From NCBI GenBank assembly GCA_963785305.1, contig CAWAUV010000002.1, forward strand, positions 96,001 to 160,000: a DNA stretch of 64,000 nucleotides, written 5' to 3'. This document shows, piece after piece, positions 44,809 through 58,317 of this stretch. The position numbers and the translations under genes were made by a program. The stretch is from an uncultured Planctomycetaceae bacterium (GTDB taxonomy: Bacteria; Planctomycetota; Planctomycetia; Pirellulales; PALSA-1355). The notes under the pieces are model-generated. The model saw only the letters and a list, made by a program, of their open reading frames with translations, ran no database searches and was not told the origin of the DNA. Position 1 is the first letter of the stretch; the number at the start of each line of letters is the position of its first letter.

Positions 44809-45762
44809 TCAGGCCGCCGCGCATTCCGATGCATTCGGCAGGGCCAGTTCGAAGTCGGCGTAGTACTGCGAAGCCACGTCGTGCGTCAGGTCGACGATGT
44901 GCGCGATCTCGTCGAGCGTGAGCCGCTTTTTCCAGTTGTCGAGGTTCGCCTTGCTGTCGAGCCGCACCAAATGCGGCGGCTCGACCGTCGTTTCCTTCGG
45001 ATTGAGCGGTGTGCTGAAAAGCGCGATCGTCGCGCGGGTCTGATCCGTGATCGTGAGCCCCAAACGCTGGTGCAACACCAAGAATTCGTTCATCGGATCG
45101 AGCGAAAGATCATCGTGTCGCACGATATGCAGCCGATGCCCCTCGCGTTGGCACTGCTTGACCGACGCATAGACCATGCGCCACAGCAAGCAAGCCGAAA
45201 AAATCAAATCCTCGGGCTCGCGAATCGCCCGCTCCAGATCGGCGTGAAACGGCTCGAGTCGGTTGCGCACCAGCTCCGGCTGCTCGAGCAAGTGGCGATG
45301 GTCGAAGTCCCAGCGTAGCCGCTTGATGCTCGATACAAATGCCTCGGGCCGCCGCACGACCGTCACCACCTGACAGCCCAAGCGATCGATAAACCAGGGA
45401 ATGGAAAACACGGCGAACGGATCCTTGATCACGGTCCAGCCGCGATGTTCGTGATAGCGTCGGCAGTCCTCGGCCATGCAGCCGGCCTGGAGCACGGCGC
45501 GATAGGGATCGACGATCGGCCCTTCGGTGGCGCGGGAAATGTATTCGTACGGATGGCGCACCACCGAACGCATCACCGCCGGACCGTCGCTATGATTCAG
45601 CGGCTCGTTGATGAATTCGGCCTCGCGGTTGGCCGTGAGCATGGTGGCGACCCATGTGGTGCTCGAACGATGGCTGCCGGTGACGAGAATGCGCTTGGCC
45701 GGCAGATCGGCGAAGGGTCCTCGCGGCTGGACGGACGCGAGGCTCTCCCGCGAGCGCGCCAT
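44809..45762 (-). CDS. Sulfotransferase family protein
   Basis: PSB-like ILVTGSHRSSTTWV, NEP, IKDP and VVRRPEAFVSS. Confidence 0.8.
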   Translation of the reverse strand: MARSRESLASVQPRGPFADLPAKRILVTGSHRSSTTWVATMLTANREAEFINEPLNHSDGPAVMRSVVRHPYEYISRATEGPIVDPYRAVLQAGCMAEDCRRYHEHRGWTVIKDPFAVFSIPWFIDRLGCQVVTVVRRPEAFVSSIKRLRWDFDHRHLLEQPELVRNRLEPFHADLERAIREPEDLIFSACLLWRMVYASVKQCQREGHRLHIVRHDDLSLDPMNEFLVLHQRLGLTITDQTRATIALFSTPLNPKETTVEPPHLVRLDSKANLDNWKKRLTLDEIAHIVDLTHDVASQYYADFELALPNASECAAA

Positions 45763-46216
45763 GGTCCGCGGAAAAACACTCGCCGGCGCAACCTCGGGGC
45801 GCCGGAGCCGCCATGAAATCGATGCACCACCATGATAGAGAATCCTTTCACAAGGCAGGCAGGGCAGCATGACCCGCAAAAGGTTTTGGGCCAAGGGACC
45901 CATTCCCCCGGCGCTGGAATCAATCCGGCGGCGCGAACTTTTCGCCGGCAGGCTCAAATATCGACACGATTAACCGCAAACTTTGCTTTGTCGCCGCATT
46001 TCCTGGAATCGTTAAACTCGCTAGACAACGTCGCGCCGAGGCACAATCGCGATCAACCCACGCCCGGCGCCGTATTTGCGCCGCTCTGGCGGCGAGCTAT
46101 CATCAAGGTTTATATCGGGCCGGCGCCAGCACTGGCTGCACGCTCATTTCGCCAAACCGGAACACCGCGCCGATCGTTCGCGTCGGCAAGCATCGTGTCG
46201 AGTAGGACCGTTCTTC

Positions 46217-49200
46217 ATGGACCCGGAGCGCGAACGCATCCATGACGACCTGCGCGGATTGATTCGCGGAGAAGTCCGCGCCGACGACGTATTCCTCCAG
46301 CTCTACGCATCCGACGCCAGTCTTTATGAAATCAAGCCGCTCGTGGTCGTGCGGCCTGTTTCGCTCGCCGATGTCGTGGCGACGGTGAAATACGCGGCTG
46401 AAAACCGGACGCCCGTCTTTCCCCGCGGCGCCGGCTCCGGGCTCGCCGGCGAATCGCTCGGCCGCGGCATCGTGCTCGACTTTTCGCGGCACATGCGCGG
46501 CATTGTCGACATCGAGCCGCGGCGGGTGCGGGTGCAACCGGGCGTCGTGCATGCCCGGCTCAACCGGCAGTTGCGCGCCACCGGCCGGCAGTTCGGCCCC
46601 GACCCGGCCATGAGTAGCGTGACCACCATGGGCAGCGTGGTGGCGATCGACGCGGGCGGCAGTCATTGGCCGCGACACGGCTCGGCGCGGCGCCATGTGG
46701 CCGGCCTGCAGCTCGTGCTCGCCGATGGCACGGTGCTCGACGCCGGTCGCGAGCCGCGCACCGCGGAGAACATGGCGCCCGACACGCGTAAAGGCGCCTT
46801 GCTCACGGCGCTGGTCGAACTCATCGAGCGCGAGGCCCCGACCATCGCCGCGCATTGGCCCCAGGCGCCGGTCAATCGTTTTGGCTATCAGATCGCCGAT
46901 GTGCTGACCGACGATTGGCTCGATCTTGGGCGGTTGCTATGCGGCTCGGAAGGCACGCTCGCGATCGTGACCGAGGCGACCCTCGACACGTCGCCGCTAC
47001 CGAAGCATCGCAGCGTGGGCCTCTTGTTTTTCGACCGGCTCGAGAGCGCTGCCCGGGCGGTGATGGAGATCATGCCCTGGGGCCCGAGCGCTTGCGACCT
47101 CATGGATCGGCGGCATTTGAGCCTCGCGCGCGAGGGCATGCGGCTCTACGATCGGCTGATTCCGGCGGAGACCGAGGCCGCGCTGCTGATCGAATACGAT
47201 GGCGATCGTCAGAGCGAGACACGATCGCGACTGGCGCAACTCGTCGAGCGGGTGCGACGGCGAAAGCGGTTGGCGTTTCACGCGGCGCTGGCGCACGACC
47301 CGATCGAGGCGGAGTTGTTTTGGCGGCTGGCGCGCAATGTGGTGCCGACGCTGCATCGCGTGAAAGGGGCGACGCGACCGCTGCCGTTCGTGGAGGACTT
47401 CGCGACTCCGCCGGCGGCGTTGCCCGACTTTCTGGTTCGCATGCAAAACGTGCTCAAGCAGCATCAGGTCACGGCGTCGCTGTTCGGACACGCCGGACAG
47501 GGGCAGTTGCATTTGCGTCCGTTTCTCGATCCCGCGCTGCCGGCCGACGTCGCGCGCATGGGCCCGCTCGCCGAGAGCCTGTATCAGGAGGTGCTCGCCG
47601 TTGGAGGCACGATCAGCGGCGAACATGCGGCGGGCCTCAGTCGCGGGCCGTTTCTGCGGCAGCAATATGGCCCGCTCGCCGATGTGTTTCGCGAGGTCAA
47701 ACGCATCTTCGACCCGCTGAATCTCTTGAACCCCGATAAACTTTTCAGCGACGACGCGGATCTCGTGGCCAAGAACCTGCGACCTTCGGCGCTGCTGCTT
47801 CGGGGCCGATCGGATCGCGAAAACGGCGCACCGGGGCATGCGACCGCGACACGTCGGCGCGTCGGCGCCATCGAGCGCGCCGCCTAGCGTTCTCGCGACT
47901 GCCGCGCCGGTTGTCGTCGCGTCATCGAGCGAAGCCAATGGCGCGGCCGCGCCGGCGCCGCTGAAATTGCATTGGCGTTGGACTCAAGACGATTTCCTCG
48001 GCGCCGCTCGCCAATGCAATGGCTGCGGCGCATGTCGAACGCAAGCCCCCGACTTGCGCATGTGTCCGATCTTTCGCGCATCGCCGGCCGAAGAAGCCTC
48101 GCCGCGGGCCAAGGCGAATCTGATTCGCGGCATGCTCACCGGCCAGCTCGACGCGCAGCAACCGCTCGATGAAAACTTCAAAGCCATCGCCGACCTGTGC
48201 GTGCATTGTCACATGTGCCGCGTGGAGTGCCCGGCGAGCGTCGACATTCCCAAGCTGATGGCGGAAGCGAAGTCGGCCTACCTGGAGGTCCACGGCCAGT
48301 CGATCGCCCGCTGGGCGCTGGCCAACGTCGACACGCTCTCGGCCATCGGCAGTTATTTTCGTCCGCTCGCGAATTGGGCCTTGGCCAATCGCGGCGCCCG
48401 ATGGCTGCTCGAAAAAATGATCGGCCTCGCTCCCGGCGCAAACTTCCCCGCTTCGCGGCCCGGCCATTCTTGCGCACGGCCGCCCGCCGCCGCTGGACCC
48501 GCCCCACGCGGCAAGCCAAGCGCAAGGCACTTTATTTCGTCGACACCTTCGTCAATTACCACGATCCACAGCTTGGCGAAGCGCTGGTGGCGGTGCTCGA
48601 GCACAATGGCGTGTCGGTATTCGTGCCTCCGCAGCAGCAGGCGTCGGCGATGCCGCTAATCGCGATCGGCGCGCTCGATCAAGCGCGAAAGTGGCCGAGC
48701 GAAACGTGGCGCTCCTAGCCGAAGCGGTGCGACTGGGATATCACATCATCGCCACGGAACCGAGCGCCGTGATGTGCCTGACGCGCGAGTATCCAGGCGC
48801 TGGTCGACGACGACGATGCCCGGCTCGTGGCGGACCATGCGAGCGAAGCCTGCGATTATCTTTGGCGCTTGCATCAGCAAGGCGCCTTGCAACTCGACTT
48901 CAAGCCGCTCAATCTCGCGCTCGGCTACCATTTGCCGTGCCACCTCAAAGCACTCGGTATCGGTTCTCCGGGCGAGAATCTGTTGCGTTTGGTGCCCGGG
49001 CTCGTGATCAAACGGCTCGACCGGGGCTGCTCGGGCATGGCCGGGGCCTACGGCCTCGCGCAAGAAAACTTCCGCTCCAGCCTTCGCGCCGGACGCGACC
49101 TGATCCACGCGATGCGAAGTCCGACGATTCAAGCCGGCGTGACCGAATGCTCGGCCTGCAAACTGCAAATGGAGCAAGGCGCCGACAAACCGACCACGCA

Positions 49201-49291
49201 CCCCATCAAAGCGCTCGCGCTGGCCTATGGCCTCATGCCCGAGCTGGCCGAAGTCTTCGCCGCCCAGGGCGAGGCTTTGCTCACGAGTTGA
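46217..49291 (+). CDS. FAD-linked oxidase + [4Fe-4S]/CCG-domain oxidoreductase (GlcD/GlpC-like), split by indels
   Basis: PRGAGSGLAG, GSEGTL, HAGQGQLH, ISGEH, CNGCGAC, CVHCHMCRVECP, YHLPCH, GCSGMAG and TECSAC. Confidence 0.88.
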
Positions 49292-49620
49292 CAGCGATGG
49301 GGAATTTCGCTGGTTTCGCCCTTTTGTTTTTCGAGGGAAAAAGTCCGCGGCGCGCATCTTGCGAGGTCAAGCTCAACTCGGCGAGCGGGGGATAAGCGGC
49401 GGGTATTTTGTTAATTGCGCAAGTTCGAGCCGCGCAACCCGTGCCCCGTTCGCGGCAAATGGGTAGAATAGCTAGTAGCCGCACCTACTATGCTCCCGCG
49501 ATTTCAGCGCATTGAGAACGGATTTATCGTCTCCCCCCTGTCCGATATGCCCCGCGCGAAGCGCGAGCTGTTGTTGAGCGATGCTTGCTCCGCGCCGATT
49601 ACCCCAGAAGGGCGCCGCCC

Positions 49621-50782
49621 ATGACGCGAATTTACCTAGACAACGCCGCCACGAGTTGGCCCAAGCCGGAGTCGGTGTATCGCACGGTCGACGATTACCA
49701 ACGCAACATCGGAGCATCGACCGGGCGAAGTGGCTATGCCGAAGCGGCCCAAGTCGCGCGCGATGTCGAAAAAACGCGTCGGGAAGTCGCCCGCTTGCTC
49801 GGAGCGCGTAATCAAGGACAACTGATCTTTACGTTCAATGGGACCGACGCGCTGAACATGGCCCTGCATGGCGCGGTGAGCCCTGGCGATCATGTGGTCA
49901 CGAGCGTGATCGAGCACAATTCGGTGCTGCGGCCATTGTCGAGCTTGGAGCGAGGCGGCGTGAGCGTGAGTCGCGTGGGATGCGACATGCAAGGGTTCGT
50001 CGATCCGCGCGGTGCGCGACGCGATGCGAAGAGAAACGCGGCTGGTCGTGCTTTCGCATGCCTCGAATGTGACCGGGGCCTTGCAACGGATCGACGAAAT
50101 CGGCGAGATCGCCCATGCCACCGGCGCCCTGTTCCTGGTCGATGCCGCGCAAACAGCCGGTCATGTGCCGATCGCGCTCGACGATTCGCCGATCGATCTG
50201 CTCGCCGCCAGCGGACACAAGGGCCTGCTTGGCCCACTCGGCACCGGCGTGCTTTATTTCCGCGGCGGCGTCGAGGAGCGCGTGCGCAATTCGCGGCAAG
50301 GCGGCACCGGAATTTCCGGCGACGACGATCAGCACCCCATGAACATGCCGAGCAAGTTCGAGGCCGGCAATCTCAATGTGCCGGGTCTCTTGGGCCTGGG
50401 CGCCGCGGCCGAGTTTTTGTTCGAACATGGCGTCGCCACGATCCGCCGGCGCCACGAAGAGCTCACCGGCCGATTGCTCGAGGGGCTCGGCCGCATTCCC
50501 GGCCTGCGAATTCATGGCCCGCGCCATCCCGAGCGACAAGTCGGCTTGGTCAGCGTAACCCTTGATGGATTCGACCCTCAAGAAGTCGCCGCGATGCTCG
50601 ACGCCTCGCATCGTGTGCAGACCCGTCCCGGATTGCATTGCGCTCCGCGCATGCATAAGTCGCTGGGCACATTTGCCCACGGCGGAACGACTCGCTTCAG
50701 TTTGGGCGTCTTCAGCACCGCCGAGCATGTCGACGCCGCCGTGGCCGCCATGACCGACGTGGCCCTGGCCGCCGTGCATTGA
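49621..50782 (+). CDS. Class V aminotransferase / cysteine desulfurase family, one indel
   Basis: IYLDNAATS, EHNSV, DAAQ, SGHKGLLGP, EAGN and RPGLHCAP. Confidence 0.9.
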
Positions 50783-50787
50783 TCGCC

Positions 50788-51902
50788 ATGAATCGCGACA
50801 TTTTCACGCACCGGCTCAAGGCCGAGGCTATCGCCCAGGGTTTTGACACCGCTGGGGTATGCGCGGCGGTCGAGCCGCCCGGCGCGAGCAGGCTGCGCAA
50901 ATGGCTCGAGCGGGGTTATGCCGGCGAGATGCATTATCTGGCCAAGCATGAGGCCGCCTATCATCACCCGAGCCATGTGCTCGAGGCGCGCGCAGTGTGC
51001 TGATGCTCACCGTGAACTATGGCGCCCAAGCGCCGGCGCGCGCGGCGCCGGGCCAGGGGCGCGTGTCGCGTTATGCCTGGGGCGCCGACTACCACGAAAA
51101 AATCCGGCCGCGGCTCGCGGCGCTTGCCGATTTCGTGAAGCGCGAGCAGCCAGGCGCCACGGCTCGCGGCGTGGTCGACACCGCGCCGTTCATGGAGCGC
51201 GATTTTGCCCGCTTGGCCGGCCTGGGTTGGATCGGCAAAAATACCCTGTTGATCAACAAATGGTCGGGCAGCCTGTTCTTCCTCGCGGCGCTGGTGACCG
51301 ATCTGGAACTAACCTACGACGCGGCGCACGAAGCCGATCATTGTGGCACGTGTCGCGCGTGCCTCGATGCCTGTCCGACCGATGCGTTTGTCTCGGCCGG
51401 CCTGCTCGACGCGAGCCGCTGCGTGAGCTATCTGACGATCGAACTGCGCGACCCGATGCCCGCCGCGTTGCGCGGCAAGGTGGGCGACTGGCTGTTTGGC
51501 TGCGATGTCTGCCAAGACGTGTGTCCTTGGAACCGCCGGGCGCCCCAAACGCGCTGGGCCGACTTCGAACCCGATCCGGAAAACAATCCGGTCGAACTGG
51601 CCCCGCTCTTTTCGCTCGATGACGAAGCATTCCGCCACCGCTTTCGACATTCGCCTCTTTGGCGCTCGAAGCGCCGCGGTCTGCTGCGCAACGCCGCGAT
51701 CGTGCTCGGCAATCAGCGCCACCTGCCGGCGCTCGCCGCGCTCACGCTCGGGCTAGCCGACGCCGAACCCCTTGTGCGTTCCGCTTCGGCATGGGCACTC
51801 GGCAGGCTCGCCTCGCCCGAGGCCCAAGCGGCGTTGGGGCGCCGCCTGGATATCGAGCCCGACGAAATCGTTTGCCAAGCGATCACGGAAGCGCTCGAAT
51901 GA
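50788..51902 (+). CDS. queG: tRNA epoxyqueuosine(34) reductase, one indel
   Basis: SRYAWGADYH, VDTAPFMER, GWIGKN, CGTCRACLDACPT and FGCDVCQDVCPWN. Confidence 0.94.
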
Positions 51903-52006
51903 GGAACCTCACGCTAAGCCCGCTATAATTAAACCAACGCGTCGAACGCAGGTCTTTTGGCGGAACAAGCTTCGGCGTGCCACTCTCGCGCGAATGAGCT
52001 CTTCTC

Positions 52007-53277
52007 ATGAAGGTGTTGGTAGCCGAAGACAGCCTGCTCTGGCGACGTTTGCTCGAAAGCTCGCTGGCCGGGCTCAATTTCGAAGTGACGGTCGCCGCCG
52101 ATGGCGCCGAAGCTTGGCGGCATTTTCAGCGAGCACCGTTTCGCTGGTGCTCACCGATTGGGTCATGCCCGAATTGGATGGGCTCGAGCTCATCCGCCGG
52201 ATTCGCGCCGCCCCGCAGCCGCATTATGTGTACATCATTCTGCTCACGGCTCGCGGCGAGAAAGACGATCTGGTCGAAGGCATGGAAGCCGGCGCCGATG
52301 ACTTCATGACCAAGCCGATCGACCACGGCGAACTGCGAGCGCGAATTCGCCAAGGCGAACGCATGATCGTCTTGCAGCAGACGCTCACGAATCAAAACTT
52401 GCAATTGCGGCAAACCCAGGCCGCGCTCGTCGAAAGCGAAAAGCTCGCCGCGCTCGGGCAACTGGCCGCTGGCATGGCCCACGAAATCAATAACCCGCTC
52501 GCTTTCGTGAGTAACAATCTGGCCGTGCTGAAGCGCGATGTAACCAGCGCGCTCGATTTGCTCGACCATTACCGCGCCGGCAAAATGCCTCCGCATGGCC
52601 CCGCGCGAGCGAACGAAAAAGCGAGCCCGGCCGGCGACGTGTCGGGCCCGGCGGCGCCGCGAAGCGACATCGCCGATAGCGACGAAGCCCACGATTTCAC
52701 CTGGCTCCGCGACAATCTGCCCGAATTGTTCGCCCGATCGCAAGCTGGCTTGGCCCGAGTGCGAGCGATCGTTGGCAATCTGCGAGATTTCGCCCAGGTC
52801 GATCAATCCGAGTTTTCCGATCTCGATCTCAACGCGGGGTTACGAAGCACGGTCGACATTTTGCGCTCGCTCGTGGCCGAAAAGGGTTTGAGCATCGCCC
52901 TGGATTTGTCGCCGGGGGCGGGCGTCTTTTGCCAGCCGCGCCGCGTGCAGCAGTTGTTGCATGCACTCGTGCTCAATGCGGTGCAAGCCAGCCGCGCGGG
53001 CGGAGTCGTCGAAATTCGCACGCTGACCGACCCGGCCGGCGTGTCGGTCGAAGTCGAGGACCACGGCTGCGGCATCGACTCCGCGATCATGCCGCGCATC
53101 TTCGAACCCTTCTTCACCACCAAACCGGTCGGCCAGGGGGCTGGGCTCGGGCTCTCGATCGGATATGGCGTGGCCCGCGACCACGGCGGCTCGATCAGTG
53201 TCGAGAGCGAGCCAGGGCGTGGCAGCGTGTTTCGCGTGCGTCTGCCGCGCCGTCCGCCCAAGAACGGCAAGCGGTAA
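52007..53277 (+). CDS. Cytoplasmic receiver-histidine kinase hybrid, one indel
   Basis: MKVLVAEDS...TDWVMP...GADDFMTKP, then EKLAALGQLAAGMAHEINNPL, FEPFFTTK and GLGLS. Confidence 0.9.
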
Positions 53278-53603
53278 CGACTTCCCAGACCGGCCATGTC
53301 GCCGCCGCGCATGCGGCCGCCGCGCCCGCCGCTCTTCGGGCGAGCCGGCGCGAGGTCATTGCCGCGACGCGAACAATCGGAAAGAATTAGAATGCGAGCG
53401 TCGATCCGAATTATCCGCCGCGTCGCCACTTCGAAATGCCGCCCCCCCCCCGTCGAACCGCTGCTCGACCGGTTCTCGAATCGGCTTGGAATCGGTATCA
53501 TGCGAGCCCGCGAGACATTGGATCGCATGAAGCGAGGGCGTGGAACACGTCGCTGGCGCCAGCGCGCGGTTTTGCGAACCGCTTGGCCCCGGAGCATTTT
53601 TTC

Positions 53604-54167
53604 ATGGCGAGAGCGCCCAAACATTCGCTGCTGCTGGTCGACGATGAGCCCGACATGCTCTTTTCGCTCAAGGGTCTCTTGCGGCAGGAGTTCGAGCTCC
53701 ACACCGCCGAAAGCGCCGCCGAGGGGCTGCGAATCTTGGCCGAGCATCCGATCGATGTGGTGATGACCGATCAGCGAATGCCCGAGATGACCGGCGTGGA
53801 GATGCTTTGCAAAGTGAAGTCGCGGCAACCCGACGCGATCCGAATCGTGTTCACCGGCTATGCGGACCTGAAATCGGTGATCGAGGGCGTGAATCACGGC
53901 GGCCTGCATCGCTATATCACCAAGCCCTGGGACCCCGACGAACTGATCGAAATGCTCCGCCAAGCCGCCGCCGAGCACGATGCCCTGGTCGAACGGCGGC
54001 AATTGCTGGTCGATGTGCGCGAGCACTTGCTCGCCCTCGGGCAAAGCCGCCGGGGCGAGGGCCGCGGCGAGATCGGGGGACCCGAATCGCAAGAAGCCGA
54101 GTTGCTCGCGCGGTTGGAAAAGTCGATCGCCGAATCCCGCCGACGCTCCAAGGGCGACGCGTCATGA
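53604..54167 (+). CDS. Single-receiver response regulator
   Basis: LLVDDE, TDQRMP, FTGY and YITKPW. Confidence 0.9.
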   Translation: MARAPKHSLLLVDDEPDMLFSLKGLLRQEFELHTAESAAEGLRILAEHPIDVVMTDQRMPEMTGVEMLCKVKSRQPDAIRIVFTGYADLKSVIEGVNHGGLHRYITKPWDPDELIEMLRQAAAEHDALVERRQLLVDVREHLLALGQSRRGEGRGEIGGPESQEAELLARLEKSIAESRRRSKGDAS

Positions 54168-54682
54168 CGGCAAAGCAGCCCGTGCTCTTGGTGGTGCTCG
54201 TCGAGATGAAGCGCCTCGGTTGGCGGGCCGCCGGCGTCGACCTCTCGGGCAATTGCGTGCCGCTACTCGCCTCGCGTTCCGACAATCTTCGGCCCTACAT
54301 CGGCCAGGAGCTCGACGAGCAACTCAGCTTTTTGCGGCATCGCCTCTCGGGAGTGCTGCAGCGGGCATGCGATCGCCTCTGGGGCCGCGAAATGAAGCCT
54401 TGCCAAGTGGTGTTTCTGGCCGACGGCCCTTTTCCCGAGGCCGATCCATCGCTCGGCCGGCGGGTCGCCGAGCACTTCGTCGAATGGATGACAAAGCCGC
54501 CAGTCGTTTATTACCTGCTCACCTCGCATGAACGTCGCGCTGCCGGCCTCGAACGCGTCTCCGGCGAAATCGACCCCCAATCGTTGGCCGCCTTGGAAAT
54601 TTCGCTTCGCGCACTCGGCGCCGCGAGCGACGATCCCGATCTTTGGGAACACGAACAACCCAAGCCGCGCCAGGCTCAATAG
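54164..54682 (+). CDS. Hypothetical protein
   Basis: ATGA-coupled to the response regulator; 172-aa ORF (DEQLSFLRHRLSGVLQR..DRLWG). Confidence 0.65.
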   Translation: MTAKQPVLLVVLVEMKRLGWRAAGVDLSGNCVPLLASRSDNLRPYIGQELDEQLSFLRHRLSGVLQRACDRLWGREMKPCQVVFLADGPFPEADPSLGRRVAEHFVEWMTKPPVVYYLLTSHERRAAGLERVSGEIDPQSLAALEISLRALGAASDDPDLWEHEQPKPRQAQ

Positions 54683-55031
54683 TCGCTTTGCTCCCACGCG
54701 CTCTTTGCTCGCCGATGATCGAATTCGCTGCCCGCGACCGCTCCAGAAGCAGTCCCGTACAGTAGAACCTTTTGCGTCACAAGTTACTGGTCATTGGCGT
54801 CGAGGTCGGCTTAGGTCGAAGCGTCGGACGCGACCATTGCGGGCAGTCACGGCGCCAGGCGACGCCCGCGATGCGCCGCCGGCAACGGTTTGTAAGGCGC
54901 GGCGGCTGACTTTTAAATCGACGGCATGCCGGTCCGCTCCCGCGTTGCCATTCCATGGGATGATCATCGCTCCCTTGAGTAGCGCGATTTCAGCGACTGA
55001 ATGCAGTGTTGCCGGCAATGTCCCTGCTTAT

Positions 55032-58000
55032 CTACTCAAATCGGAACCAGTCGAACGTCCGGATATTTTGATTCGGAAACACGAGGAAGAGATCGTGTCT
55101 GCCCTGGGTCTTGTTGATCGCGCAGGTCTTCTGCCCAAACGCCATCTCGCCGATCCGCTTGCCGTCTGGCGCATCCAACCGGACTTCGATGGCGGCGCCT
55201 GGATGAGGCGGGATGAAGATTTCCTTGCCGGGCGCACGCGGGGAGACGAAGGCGTCGCCCACGCCGCGATAATACATCGTGACGGAGGCCCAGAAATTCG
55301 CCCCATTCTTGTCCCCCACCTTCTCATCATCCTGCACGGCCTTCACCAGGATCACATTCCAGCCCTGCTTGAACGTGGCTTCGACCCTGGAGGACTTGTC
55401 GATGTCGCCGAGCTGTGAGAACAACTGCTGGTCGTTCAACCACACCTTCAATCCATGGGCGCCTCTGATCTCAATGCCTGTTTTTCCGCCCCGTTTGGCG
55501 TATATGCTCGAGCGCATGTAGGCCGCGCCATTGGCGTGTTTTTCGCCGTCCACCGCGGCGAAATGAATCACGCCGAGCGGATGCTTGACCGAAGCGCCGC
55601 TCACGAGAGGCGTGGTCACGGTAATCCATTTGACCGAGGCGGGGTCTTTCTCGGCACAAAAACCACATCCATCAACTCGGGCCCTTTCTTGTTCGCCTCG
55701 CCATAGATCGGGCTCACGTCCCAGTAGGGAATCGGGCGCCAGGTATCACCCAGCTCGACCGCCGCGAAGGGCTTGCCATTGACTGTCGTTTCGAACGCCT
55801 GCGTCGGCGTGTCATATTCCAGCGCACCCGGAAGAGCGAATTGGCGCCATCGCCGAAATTCACGTTGTCATATCGAATCCAGGAGTTCCGCTCCAGAGCG
55901 CGGCCGGAATGTGGTTGGACGAGCCCACCGGCATGGTTTCCAAAGATTCGAGAGAAATCGGCGGCTTTCCAAATCCGCGCGGCGGGATGGTCGAACACCT
56001 CGGTCAATGCGAAGGGGAAGTCTTTTCGCAGGCCGATCTGATCCATGTCCGCCTGCACAAAACCTAGCTTCAGCGCCGGCGAGTCCAGACGAAGGCGGTA
56101 GTCCGTGTATCGAGCGTCCCACCAGGGACGCTTGCGGTCGAACATCGGGTCGGCGTACACGGAGCCCTTCTCGATTTTCCCGCCTTTGCACGCTTCAAGC
56201 TGCCGTGGGATGTTCGTCGCTGCCTCGGGCGTTGCCGCCTCTCCGCCGAGCGGCTGGAAGTAATACACATTGTCGACGATCTCTTTTAAGATCGGGTGCG
56301 GAACGCCGTCGATGGTCTCCACGCCCTGGCCTCCCTCGTGTAGACGCTTGATTTCGGCGGCGACGATATTATGCGACCAGACCATGTCATGGGCCTCCTC
56401 GACAAAAGGCCCGATTGTCGCGGCGGCGTCCAAAATGCTGTCGGCGATGATATTGTGGATATTGGTTTGGTCGTTGCCTTTGGACATGATGGCGCGAGAC
56501 CGCGTGCCGCCGGCGATCCAGTAGATGATGTTGCCGCGCAGCGTCGCCTTGTGGGAGCCGTCATCGTTGAACAAGACGTGCAGCCACTCGTCCCAACTGC
56601 CATTCTGCACGCCATCGTGGCAGGCATTGTATTCCCACCGGTTGCCGGCGCCGGCGCCCCACATCTCGATCATTCCCATGTCGCTTCCGTCGCGGGCGAT
56701 CTGCGACAGATCGTTGAAGCGGATAATATTATTCCGGGAATGCAGCACCTCTTCGCCCTGGTTTTTCTCCGTTACCACATAGCCGTCGTACAACTTGACG
56801 TCGGGCGCGTCGAAGTCCTTTTCTTCTTTAAGTTTCCTTTGCGAATCGGGCAGCAGCGCGTATTGATAAAAAGCGTTGATAAGCTTGGGACGCCAGCCCT
56901 TGGTCGCCACTCCATATCGGCGAATCCCGTGGAAGAGATTGTGCTCCACGAGATTGTCCCCGCTGAAGAACATGTAGACCCCACCGCCGTCTGGAGCAAA
57001 GCGACCGATGTCAAGGAACACGTTGTCGCGGACCACGTTGTTCTTGTTGACGTACGACTCGGCCACCGTCTTGAACGGCCCTCGGCCGCATTCCCAGCCC
57101 ATGAAGAATAGCCCGTTGCACCCGGCGTTTTCGATCCAACAATTCTCCACCCGGTTTTCCCGCGCCCAGCGATTGAACATGACCGCCATGAAGCCGGCCC
57201 CATAAAGCCGGCTGTTGCGGATCACGATGCGCCGCGCAGTTTTCGATGAAGAACTGTCCGTGGCGCATGTCGGGCGCGACGACCGACAGCGGCTTCCCGC
57301 CCCAGGGCTTGCCGTCGTAGTCGCCGTCCCAGGTTACATTGTCCGTGGCCCCTTTCTTCCATTCCACCGCGAAATCCGAGCCGATGACATGCAATCCGTC
57401 GAAGACGATATTCTCGGCCACCTGCCGCATCGAGCGTCCCCGGACGATGAACACGTCCTTCGTCGTGCCCAATACGATCACCTGTTCCTCGACCGGAAGA
57501 CGGCGCGGATGGTAGACGAGGCGAGTCCCTTCCCTCCGCCAATTCCCGGCCGGCTCGCCGTCGAACACATGAAACATCCCGCCGTTGGCGGCATGGCCGT
57601 TTTCATACAGGGTAAAATGCTCTTGCAGGTCCTGAACCCGTGCTTCGGCCTCGCCATTCTCCAGCATCTTCCAGCCGGTGACTCGCCTGCCTCCGTGGAT
57701 GCGCGTTCCCAGTCCGGGAGCGCCTGGTAGGTAATGGCGTGACCATCGCGCCCGCTGTCGCGGTCATCAAAGACAATCGGGGTTTCGACATAATAATCCC
57801 CAGCCTCGACACGCACGGTGATGTCTTCCTTCATCCCGTTGGCGATGGAAGCGCGAACCAAGTCTCGGGCGGCGCCGAGCGTCGCCACCGGGCGGTCCCG
57901 GCTTCCCGGGTTCGCGTCGTTTCCCGCCGGCGAGACATGCAGTTCAGTGGCGAACAGGCAATGCCCGATCGACAAAACCACCAACGGGACGATGAATCCA

Positions 58001-58035
58001 CTCAAGGGGACATGGGGTCGCGAAAAAACTGTCAT
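55032..58035 (-). CDS. Secreted right-handed beta-helix protein with C-terminal CBM6-like module, split by indels
   Basis: Signal peptide, LHVSPAGNDANPGS..RPVATL, Asn-ladder repeats (NNVVRDNVF, DNLVEHNLF, NNIIRFN), SVYADPMF..DYRL..DSPALKLGF and CBM6-like segments. Confidence 0.78.
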
Positions 58036-58317
58036 CCAATAATTCCTCTGCTACCGTGAAATGAAGACAGCCGAATTCTCCACTCTACCGACTTGAGTCG
58101 GATTGCGGTTACAGTATGCTGGACTAGCAGTTATTGTTTTCTGTAGGCTGACCGCCTTCGCTCAAGGTAGGATCAAAAGAAATGACGGGCGATCGCGGCG
58201 CCCGGCTCGAGCGCGAAGCCCACGGCGCCGCCGGCTCGCGCGGCCGAGAGCACTACGAGTTTCCGCATTGGCGATTTTACTTTTACGGAAAAACGGGCGT
58301 TCGACCGGAGTGTTGTC

